Positions 56,758 through 64,000 of a DNA stretch of 64,000 nucleotides are shown in pieces. The DNA is from an uncultured bacterium (GTDB lineage Bacteria; Patescibacteriota; Minisyncoccia; Phycocordibacterales; UBA9973): contig CALCZP010000003.1 in NCBI GenBank assembly GCA_937903035.1, positions 65,156 to 129,155 of the forward strand, in the 5' to 3' direction. Each line of letters begins with the position of its first letter. The stretch's first letter is position 1. Position numbers and translations under genes: made by a program. The notes beneath the pieces were generated by a model, which saw only the letters and a list, made by a program, of their open reading frames with translations, made no database searches and was not told the DNA's origin.

Positions 56758-57180
56758 ATGGCTCGAATTAGTCAACTTATCAAACGTCCTCGCGTGAATG
56801 TGCGCCGCAAAACAAAAGCGGTTGCTTTGTCACTCGGTACCAACGCGATTCACAATCGTCCAGTCTTTTATCCGTCTCCATTTAAACGTGGAGTGTGCAC
56901 TAAGGTGTCTACTACCACTCCAAAGAAGCCAAACTCAGCTATCCGAAAGATCGCTCGTATTCGTCTCACGAATGGCAAGGAGGTTACCGCTTATATTCCA
57001 GGTGAAGGTCACAACCTCCAGGAACACTCAGTGGTTATGATCCGTGGTGGCCGTGTAAAAGACTTAATTGGTGTGCGTTATCACGTTGTTCGCGGTGTTC
57101 TTGATACCCAGGGTATCGACAAGCGACGCAAGTCACGTTCTATGTACGGAACCAAGCGCCCAAAGGCAGCTAAGAAATAA
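56758..57180 (+). CDS. rpsL: 30S ribosomal protein S12
   Basis: [28 protein letters not shown]. Confidence 0.98.
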   Translation: MARISQLIKRPRVNVRRKTKAVALSLGTNAIHNRPVFYPSPFKRGVCTKVSTTTPKKPNSAIRKIARIRLTNGKEVTAYIPGEGHNLQEHSVVMIRGGRVKDLIGVRYHVVRGVLDTQGIDKRRKSRSMYGTKRPKAAKK

Positions 57181-57188
57181 TATCTATC

Positions 57189-57659
57189 ATGCGAAGACCA
57201 GTAAAAAATCGAAATATCGTAAAGCCTGACATCAAGTTCTCATCTGAGACGCTTGAGAAATTCATCAACTCTATTATGCAGAGTGGCAAAAAGAACACTG
57301 CTCGTTCTATCGTCTATGGTGCACTTGATATCATCAAGGAGAAGGAAGGTGTAGAAAACCCACTTGAAGTCTTTGAAAATGCTCTCAAGAACGCAGGTCC
57401 ACTCGTAGAAGTCCGCTCACGTCGTATTGGTGGTGCAAACTATCAGGTTCCTCGCGAAGTTCGCACTGAGCGCCGTACCGCTCTTGCAATCCGTTGGATT
57501 ATTGAGGCAACTCGCAACCGCAAGGGTGCAAAGACTGCAGTAGCACTCGCCGAAGAGCTCTCACTCGCTGCAAAAGGCGAAGGAAATGCTGTAAAGAAAA
57601 AGAAGGACACCCACAAGATGGCAGAGTCCAACAAAGCATTTGCCCATTTCGCTTGGTAA
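57189..57659 (+). CDS. rpsG: 30S ribosomal protein S7
   Basis: EVRSRRIGGANYQVP, HKMAESNKAFAHF. Confidence 0.98.
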   Translation: MRRPVKNRNIVKPDIKFSSETLEKFINSIMQSGKKNTARSIVYGALDIIKEKEGVENPLEVFENALKNAGPLVEVRSRRIGGANYQVPREVRTERRTALAIRWIIEATRNRKGAKTAVALAEELSLAAKGEGNAVKKKKDTHKMAESNKAFAHFAW

Positions 57660-57669
57660 TACGAAACAT

Positions 57670-57692
57670 AGCCCCCGAAAGGGGGTTCTTTC
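57670..57692 (+). terminator. Intrinsic terminator after rpsG
   Basis: GCCCCC-GAAA-GGGGGT followed by a T-rich tract. Confidence 0.75.
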
Positions 57693-57767
57693 TATTCTCT
57701 TGACTTTCTCTAAAATAAATGTAGATTGAAGAAAACAATTCATTTCAAATTCAAAACCAATTACATT

Positions 57768-58694
57768 ATGGACAACAGCATTTTAGTAATCCTATTAGTT
57801 CTAGCTGTGCTTGTTTTGGGGGTATTTTTAGTAAAAATCTCTAAACAAGCAGAAAAGAAAAAAGACGCAGCAGTTGCTGAAGCTATTGCTAAAAACACTT
57901 CAGAGCTTAATAAAAGCTTTGAAGAAAAAGAGCAAAAAGCTAAAGATATAAAAATCGGCGAAGTTAATCGTCTAACAAAAGAGCGAGACGAAGCAAGGCA
58001 ACAAATTGCTACTATCAAAGAAGACACAAAAGCTGAGGTTGAAAATGAATTCAAGCAAAAACTTGAAGATGCCGAAGCAAAGCAAAAAATTGCTGAAACC
58101 AAGTACGAAACACTTTCTGCTGGTGTAAACAAAGAGCGTCTTATCCATTTGGATGCTACGCTCAAGTATGATCCAGCAATGAATTCGCTTAAAGCAATGC
58201 TTAGCAAACTTGATGATTACCGTGAAAAAGGTGGTACTACAAAAGAGTATCAAAATTCGGTACTTGCTGGTATGGAGCGAAATATCAAAGATATTAGCAA
58301 CTCTCGCCATGACAGGTACAAGCAATTGCAAGAGCAAATTTCAAATGACTATGCACTTGTTGAGCTCCATGAAGAGAAAGAAGATGGCGGCATGATTGGC
58401 CTTATCTACAAAAAGACAATGAAAGCTACTAAGGCAGAAATCATTGGAATTTTGGAAGAAAAGGGTCTAGAGCTTACCCAAGATGGTGACGCAAAACCTC
58501 CGTTTAAGGAATTTACTGATTTCTTTACACTAGTAGAAGAAACAGGGGTTCCTGTCCTTTCCATTTTGGATTTGATTCAAAGGGTATCTGCCCAGCAAAA
58601 ACTTTTGTACCCTTCAGGTAAGTTGGAAGCCGGTACAGGAGTAAAAGACCAACAACAAGGTGGTGGTAATGACAAAATAGCTCAAGCTTCCTAA
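57768..58694 (+). CDS. AT-rich orphan: N-terminal TM helix and long coiled coil
   Basis: MDNSILVILLVLAVLVLGVFLV then K/E-rich heptads; own TTGACT...TAGATT promoter and terminator. Confidence 0.75.
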   Translation: MDNSILVILLVLAVLVLGVFLVKISKQAEKKKDAAVAEAIAKNTSELNKSFEEKEQKAKDIKIGEVNRLTKERDEARQQIATIKEDTKAEVENEFKQKLEDAEAKQKIAETKYETLSAGVNKERLIHLDATLKYDPAMNSLKAMLSKLDDYREKGGTTKEYQNSVLAGMERNIKDISNSRHDRYKQLQEQISNDYALVELHEEKEDGGMIGLIYKKTMKATKAEIIGILEEKGLELTQDGDAKPPFKEFTDFFTLVEETGVPVLSILDLIQRVSAQQKLLYPSGKLEAGTGVKDQQQGGGNDKIAQAS

Positions 58695-58704
58695 CTTACA
58701 TGGT

Positions 58705-58733
58705 AAGCCCCGACAGTAGTCCGGGGCTTTTTT
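58705..58733 (+). terminator. Intrinsic terminator
   Basis: AAGCCCCG...CGGGGCTTTTTT. Confidence 0.8.
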
Positions 58734-58735
58734 AT

Positions 58736-58764
58736 TTGACATATTTGAACCCTTTTGATAAGCT
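58736..58764 (+). promoter_or_regulatory. sigma70 promoter of the rpsN-rpsH operon
   Basis: TTGACA-17 nt-TAAGCT with extended TGn. Confidence 0.7.
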
Positions 58765-58860
58765 ACCCGAGCTCTTTGGTAATCCGCAGAACTCTCTTTG
58801 TTCGGTCACTGATCAGATAAAGAAAGCCCTGTGTGATATTCCACCGAGCATTTCATTCTC

Positions 58861-59046
58861 ATGGCAAAAACGTCAGTCATCGCGCGTTCACAAAAAACGC
58901 CTAAATACAGTACCCGCGCCGTAAACCGTTGTTTCCGTTGTGGTCGCCGTCATGGATTTATGCGCGACTTTGGTCTGTGTCGTATTTGCTTCCGAGAGCT
59001 TGCCAACGAAGGCATGATCCCAGGTATCCGTAAGTCATCGTGGTAA
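58861..59046 (+). CDS. rpsN: 30S ribosomal protein S14 (Zn-binding type Z)
   Basis: RCFRCGR...[19 protein letters not shown]. Confidence 0.96.
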   Translation: MAKTSVIARSQKTPKYSTRAVNRCFRCGRRHGFMRDFGLCRICFRELANEGMIPGIRKSSW

Positions 59047-59062
59047 TTTTAAGTATAGTTTT

Positions 59063-59458
59063 ATGGTAACCGACCCAATCGCAAACATGATCATCAGCCT
59101 CAAAAATGGCGCAATGGTTTCAAAAGAAACCGTTATTGTTCCGTTTTCTAGTATCAAATACTCTATCGCACAGTGTCTCAAGGATCACGGTTTTATTGAG
59201 CAGGTATCAAAAAAGACCGAAAAAGAAAACAAGCCAGTGCTTGAGATCACGCTTGCATACAATGCTGGTGTTTCAAAGATCCATGATGTAACTCGTGTAT
59301 CAAAGCCTTCACGTCGTGTATATCTCGGTATGCGTGAACTTCACAGCTACAAGAATGGTCACGGTATTACCGTCCTTTCAACTCCAAAAGGTATTATGAG
59401 CGACAAGCAAGCCAAGAAAGAACAGGTCGGTGGCGAAGCGTTATTTATGATTTGGTAA
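59063..59458 (+). CDS. rpsH: 30S ribosomal protein S8
   Basis: DPIANM, RVSKPSRRVY, LSTPKGIM, VGGE. Confidence 0.96.
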   Translation: MVTDPIANMIISLKNGAMVSKETVIVPFSSIKYSIAQCLKDHGFIEQVSKKTEKENKPVLEITLAYNAGVSKIHDVTRVSKPSRRVYLGMRELHSYKNGHGITVLSTPKGIMSDKQAKKEQVGGEALFMIW

Positions 59459-59462
59459 TTAT

Positions 59463-59996
59463 ATGAGTAGAGTAGGTAAACAACAATTGACCATTCCAGC
59501 AGGAACAACAGCAACATTCGCTGATGGTATCTTTACCGTGAAAGGTCCTCTCGGTACACTCACTCGTGCATTTGACGATGTGGTAACCTTCAACATTGAA
59601 GGTGATATGGTAACATTCGCGCAGAAAGGAGATGACTCATTCCGCCGTGCAATTTGGGGAACCTACGCATCTCATGTAAAAAATATGCTCCAGGGTGTTG
59701 TCACTCCATACCAAAAGAAGCTCATTCTCGAAGGAGTTGGATTTAAGAGTGAAGTCAAAGGCACTGATCTTCATCTCGCGCTTGGATTCTCACATCCTGT
59801 TATTGTTCCGATCCCAGCAGGTCTCACGATAACTGCTGAAAAAAACAACATCACGATTACTGGTATCGACAAAGAACTTGTTGGTATGTTTGCCGCAAAG
59901 GTTCGTTCCCTCAAGAAGCCAGAGCCATACAAGGGTAAGGGGTTCCGATACGACAACGAAGTTATTCGTCGCAAGCAAGGCAAGAAGTCTGCATAA
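59463..59996 (+). CDS. rplF: 50S ribosomal protein L6
   Basis: MSRVGK, LGFSHP, PEPYKGKG, RRKQGK. Confidence 0.97.
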   Translation: MSRVGKQQLTIPAGTTATFADGIFTVKGPLGTLTRAFDDVVTFNIEGDMVTFAQKGDDSFRRAIWGTYASHVKNMLQGVVTPYQKKLILEGVGFKSEVKGTDLHLALGFSHPVIVPIPAGLTITAEKNNITITGIDKELVGMFAAKVRSLKKPEPYKGKGFRYDNEVIRRKQGKKSA

Positions 59997-60012
59997 TTTT
60001 TAACCATCATAT

Positions 60013-60360
60013 ATGTCACGTTCAACCACACAAGAAAAGAAGCTCCGTATCAAACGAAAAATCCGTTCGCAGATTTCTGGTACCGAGACTCGTCCACGTC
60101 TCTCAGTGTATCGTTCAAACGCATTTATGTATGCGCAGCTTATCGATGATGTGAATGCAGTAACTCTCGCTGCTGCGACCGATAAGACTGCAAAGAAGGG
60201 TACCAAGATGGATGGTGCAATTCTTGCAGGGAAGGCACTCGCTGCTGCAGCAAAAGCAAAAGGTATTACAACTGTCGTCTTTGATCGTAACGGCTTTAAG
60301 TACGCTGGGCGCATCAAGGCATTCGCTGATGCAGCTCGCGAAGCAGGACTTGCATTTTAA
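60013..60360 (+). CDS. rplR: 50S ribosomal protein L18
   Basis: [33 protein letters not shown]. Confidence 0.97.
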   Translation: MSRSTTQEKKLRIKRKIRSQISGTETRPRLSVYRSNAFMYAQLIDDVNAVTLAAATDKTAKKGTKMDGAILAGKALAAAAKAKGITTVVFDRNGFKYAGRIKAFADAAREAGLAF

Positions 60361-60365
60361 ACACT

Positions 60366-60986
60366 ATGACTACTCCAACCACCCCAACAACAGCAAATAC
60401 TCGAACAGCAACAGGAGCACGAAAACCTTTTGGAGCTTCTTCTGGCGGTCGTCCTCCTCGTCGTGATGGCAAGACTATGGCAGATCGCGTCAAAGACGTT
60501 GATCAAAAGATTCTCGACATCCGTCGCGTGACCCGTGTGGTTGCTGGTGGACGTCGTATGAGTTTCGCTGTTTCAATGCTCATCGGAGACAAGAACCTTG
60601 GTGTTGTCGGTGTTGGTACTGGAAAGGGAAATGACACTGCAGTTGCGATCGGCAAGGCGCTCAAGGATGCAAAGAAAAATGCAATCAAGATCAAACTCAC
60701 CAAGACTCGCTCTATCCCACACAACGTTGCTGCAAAGTACTGTGCATCACGCGTCATGCTGTTCCCAAACCAAGGTAAAGGTATTGTGACTGGTGCAGCA
60801 CTCCGCGATATCGTAGTGATTGCAGGTATCAAGGACGTATCAGGAAAAGTCGTATCAGGTAGCAAGAACAAGCTCAACAATGCTCGCGCAGTTATCAAAG
60901 CACTCAGTGCGATCTCAACTCCGTACTACTTCAATACACCAAAAGCTCCAGAAGCAGTAGTGTCAGCAGAAGAAGCTAAAGCATAA
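60366..60986 (+). CDS. rpsE: 30S ribosomal protein S5
   Basis: RRVTRVVAGGRRMSF, VGVGTGK, GS.NKLNNARA. Confidence 0.95.
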   Translation: MTTPTTPTTANTRTATGARKPFGASSGGRPPRRDGKTMADRVKDVDQKILDIRRVTRVVAGGRRMSFAVSMLIGDKNLGVVGVGTGKGNDTAVAIGKALKDAKKNAIKIKLTKTRSIPHNVAAKYCASRVMLFPNQGKGIVTGAALRDIVVIAGIKDVSGKVVSGSKNKLNNARAVIKALSAISTPYYFNTPKAPEAVVSAEEAKA

Positions 60987-60990
60987 TCCT

Positions 60991-61425
60991 ATGAATATTC
61001 TCAAGCGAACAACTAAAAACAAAAAAGCAAAGACTGTTGGTCGTGGCTCAAAACGCGGCAAGACTTCAGGTCGTGGTACCAAGGGACAGAAGGCTCGTGC
61101 AGGTCACAAAATCCGTCCTGAAATTCGCGATACAATCAAGAAACTCCCAAAGCTTCGTGGTCGTGGCAAGAATACGAACAAGCCGGTACGTGGTACAGCT
61201 ACAGTAGTAAACCTCGCAATGATCGCAAAAGCGTTTGTGGCTGGTGCATCAGTTACCCCTTCAGCATTGTTTGAAAAAGGCCTCATCCGACGTGTTGGGG
61301 GAAAGCTCCCAAGCGTAAAAGTGCTTGCTGCTGGTGAGATTGCGGTTGCAATTGATGTCTATGATTGTGAAGTGTCTGCTGCGGCAAAAGCCAAAATTGA
61401 GGCTGCTCGTGGTACAGTACACTAA
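60991..61425 (+). CDS. rplO: 50S ribosomal protein L15
   Basis: VGRGSKRGKTSGRGTKGQKARAG, KLPKLRG. Confidence 0.95.
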   Translation: MNILKRTTKNKKAKTVGRGSKRGKTSGRGTKGQKARAGHKIRPEIRDTIKKLPKLRGRGKNTNKPVRGTATVVNLAMIAKAFVAGASVTPSALFEKGLIRRVGGKLPSVKVLAAGEIAVAIDVYDCEVSAAAKAKIEAARGTVH

Positions 61426-61426
61426 T

Positions 61427-62698
61427 ATGGAATCATTTTTCAGAAAATTTAAAACAGTATTCACTGAACGTTCAATCCGCAACAAAATTCTTTTTGTCGT
61501 TGCGGCTTTGTTCGTTTTTCGCTTCCTCGCGGTCATCCCGGTTCCAGGTGTTGATACTGCACGTCTAAATGACTTCTTGGCGAACAGTCAGTTTCTCGGT
61601 CTCTTCAACCTTCTCTCTGGTGGGGGACTCTCATCATTCTCTATTGTAATGCTCGGTGTTGGTCCATACATCACTGCGTCAATCATCATGCAGCTCCTGT
61701 CAATGATGGTGCCGTCACTCAAGGAAATGACCCAGGAAAATGGTGAAGCTGGTCGCTTTAAGTTTAACCAATACGTCCGACTCCTGTCAGTGCCGATTGC
61801 AGCGCTTCAGGCATTTTCATTCATTCACTACTTGCAGAGTCAGGGCGCAATCGCTGCACTCTCGACATTCTCAATGCTTTCAAACATTACGATTATCGTT
61901 GCAGGCTCAATGCTCCTCCTTTGGATTGCTGACTTGATCAATGAGTTCGGTGTTGGAAATGGTACTTCTATCATCATCATGGCAGGTATCCTTTCACAGA
62001 TTCCTGCAAAGGTATCGCAGTTCTTCTTTACCTTCACGATGGATCAGCTACCAGTAACATTACTCTATATTGTAGTCGCACTCTTGGTCATTGCTGGCGT
62101 GGTCTATATTTATGAGGCAGAGCGTCCGATCAAGGTAACCTATGCGCGTGAAGTACGCGGTGTACGTACCATTGGTGGTAATGAAAGCTACATTCCGCTT
62201 CGCCTTACTCAGGCTGGTGTGATGCCAATTATCTTTGCATCATCACTCCTCTTGTTCCCGCAGTTTGCCGCAAATCTCTTTGCAGCGTCATCATCTCCTG
62301 TGCTTCATAGTGTTGCAAATGCATTCACGAGCTTCCTCCAGAGCACTTGGCTCTACTCAACCGTCTACTTCTTCCTTGTTGTATTCTTTACGTATCTCTA
62401 CACAACCGTAACCTTTGATCCGCAGCAGATCGCAACAAACCTTCAGAAGAATGGCGCTTTCGTTCCAGGTATTCGTCCAGGCGAATCAACTGCAAGCTAC
62501 ATGGGCGTGATTGTGAATCGCATCACCCTTGTTGGGTCACTCTTCCTCGGTGTTGTCGCAGTACTCCCACTCATCATTCGTACAGCGACTGGTATCACTG
62601 CATTTGCAGTGGGTGGTACCTCACTCCTTATTACGGTTTCGGTAGTGATTGATCTCATCCGCCGCCTCGACGCACAGGTAGCAATGACTGAGTACTAA
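61427..62698 (+). CDS. secY: Preprotein translocase subunit SecY
   Basis: LGVGPYITASIIMQLL, GVGNGTS, AGVMPIIFA, PGIRPG, GGTSLLI. Confidence 0.97.
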   Translation: MESFFRKFKTVFTERSIRNKILFVVAALFVFRFLAVIPVPGVDTARLNDFLANSQFLGLFNLLSGGGLSSFSIVMLGVGPYITASIIMQLLSMMVPSLKEMTQENGEAGRFKFNQYVRLLSVPIAALQAFSFIHYLQSQGAIAALSTFSMLSNITIIVAGSMLLLWIADLINEFGVGNGTSIIIMAGILSQIPAKVSQFFFTFTMDQLPVTLLYIVVALLVIAGVVYIYEAERPIKVTYAREVRGVRTIGGNESYIPLRLTQAGVMPIIFASSLLLFPQFAANLFAASSSPVLHSVANAFTSFLQSTWLYSTVYFFLVVFFTYLYTTVTFDPQQIATNLQKNGAFVPGIRPGESTASYMGVIVNRITLVGSLFLGVVAVLPLIIRTATGITAFAVGGTSLLITVSVVIDLIRRLDAQVAMTEY

Positions 62699-62727
62699 TC
62701 TCTTGTAGTGCTTGGTATACTCTAGCT

Positions 62728-63321
62728 ATGCAAAAACAAGCCTATATTTTTATCGGACAATCAGGTGCCGGTAAGGGAACTCAAGCTGCACTCTTTGAGG
62801 AAAAAGTTCGCTCACTTAACCCTCAGGCAAGCGTGCTTCACCTTGAGACAGGGAACATTTTTCGCTCATTTATCCAAAGTGACTCATACACTGCGCGTGA
62901 GACCAAGGCGATGATTGAACGAGGCGAGCTCCCACCTTCATTTATCGGTGTCCATGTCTGGAGTCATGAGCTTATTGCTCGGTACACCGGACAAGAATTT
63001 GTTTTCTTGGACGGTACACCACGGGTGATTGATGAAGCACCTGTACTCCTCTCAGCAGCACATTTCTATGACTGGAAGGTGAATGTGGTGTACATTGAGG
63101 TATCTGATGCCTGGGCAAATGACCGACTCATCGGTCGTGGTAGACATGATGATACAGATGACAAAGAGCGTGCGGGGCGGCTCGCATGGTTCCATGAGAA
63201 TGTGATGCCTGCAGTCGAGTATCTCAAGTCAGCACCAGGCGTGAATTTCCTCACGATCAATGGTGAGCGTGAGATTGAAGTTATTCAACAAGATATTTGT
63301 AAACAACTTGGTGTAGAGTAG
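62728..63321 (+). CDS. adk: Adenylate kinase family NMP kinase (short LID)
   Basis: GQSGAGKGTQA, TGNIFR, LDGTPR, GRHDD; canonical position after secY. Confidence 0.85.
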   Translation: MQKQAYIFIGQSGAGKGTQAALFEEKVRSLNPQASVLHLETGNIFRSFIQSDSYTARETKAMIERGELPPSFIGVHVWSHELIARYTGQEFVFLDGTPRVIDEAPVLLSAAHFYDWKVNVVYIEVSDAWANDRLIGRGRHDDTDDKERAGRLAWFHENVMPAVEYLKSAPGVNFLTINGEREIEVIQQDICKQLGVE

Positions 63322-63331
63322 TACTCTTTTC

Positions 63332-63397
63332 GCGATACTAGTTTCTTTTCAAAAAGCCAGTCCCACCGAACCCCTTTTTCAAAGAAACTAGTATCGC
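63332..63397. repeat. 66-bp hairpin with a perfect 17-bp inverted repeat
   Basis: GCGATACTAGTTTCTTT / AAAGAAACTAGTATCGC; loop begins CCAGTC. Confidence 0.8.
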
Positions 63398-63421
63398 TCA
63401 ATCGCACCCTTTACCTCTTTT

Positions 63422-64000
63422 ATGATAATTATTAAAACTCCAGACGAAATAGCGAAACTCAAAAAAGGCGGTCCGATACTTGCTCGTATTTTGCGTGAGG
63501 TAGCGAGCGCAGTGGTTGCGGGTGTTACCACCAAGTCACTTGATGAGCTCGCTGCTCGTTTGATTAAAGAAGCGGGCTGTACGCCAGCATTTCTCAACTA
63601 CAAACCCGAAGGTGCACACACGCCCTTTCCTGCAACGCTCTGTGTCTCAGTGAATGCTGAGGTCGTCCATGGCATTCCAGGAGGGTATGTGATCAAAGCA
63701 GGGGATATCGTGTCAGTTGATCTCGGGCTCAACTATGAAGGGGTCTTTCTCGATCATGCGACGACAGTTGCTGTAGGAGAGGTATCAGTGAGAGAAAAGA
63801 AGCTCCTTGGCGCAACCGAGGCTGCACTTATGGCGGGTATCGAAGCGATCGTACCAGGAGCGCGTATTGGGGATATCGGATATGCAATTCAGTCAGTGGC
63901 AAAGCAGCATAGGCTTAGTATCGTCTATGGCTTTTCAGGACATGGTGTTGGGCGACATATTCATGAGGATCCCTATGTCACCAATACGGGCAAGCCAGGG
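63422..64000 (+). CDS. map: Methionine aminopeptidase type I (3'-partial)
   Basis: Read by hand: MIIIKTPDEI..., CVSVNAEVVHGIP, GDIVSVDLG, GHGVG..IHEDP. Confidence 0.93.
   Translation, partial: MIIIKTPDEIAKLKKGGPILARILREVASAVVAGVTTKSLDELAARLIKEAGCTPAFLNYKPEGAHTPFPATLCVSVNAEVVHGIPGGYVIKAGDIVSVDLGLNYEGVFLDHATTVAVGEVSVREKKLLGATEAALMAGIEAIVPGARIGDIGYAIQSVAKQHRLSIVYGFSGHGVGRHIHEDPYVTNTGKPG

Noticed and set aside
60986-60991. Missing rpmD (L30) as a novelty
   Set aside because: Loss of L30 is already established for CPR bacteria; used only as a taxonomic clue.
1-64000. Alternative genetic code (UGA=Gly as in Gracilibacteria/Absconditabacteria)
   Set aside because: Conserved genes are full length under code 11, and TGA ends genes normally (for example 23523, 44153, 46439).

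Overview
Mostly housekeeping chromosomal DNA (standard code) from a small-genome bacterium, most likely Patescibacteria/CPR (Parcubacteria-like). This is an inference from the lack of rpmD between rpsE and rplO, the lack of biosynthetic genes, and the CPR-type VirB6-like, VirD4-like and type IV pilus genes. Genes in 1-34.7 kb are mainly on the minus strand: a VirB6-like/secreted-protein cluster, rsmA, pcrA, comM, rpsO, a Xer recombinase, xth, cca, four tRNAs, yraN, a two-component pair, a VirD4-like ATPase, hup, rny, clpP, tig, ppa and nusA. Genes in 34.8-64 kb are mainly on the plus strand: a secreted-protein array, a type IV pilus locus, tpiA, pgk, recJ, rnhA, split comEC, sod, and ribosomal genes through secY-adk-map. 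The most notable signals are: (1) three paralogous exported proteins with a conserved N-terminus and variable C-termini just upstream of the pilus genes, one carrying a Hint domain predicted to release an 8-Cys peptide; (2) eleven parS-like palindromes written into the cca and yraN coding sequences; (3) several intergenic long-stem elements that share a CAGTC loop, one of which resembles tRNA-Pro; (4) pervasive -10 boxes 6-8 nt before start codons, indicating leaderless genes; (5) a ribosomal superoperon broken between rpsG and rpsN, with a new promoter and a structured leader. All calls were made by eye; no database searches were run.
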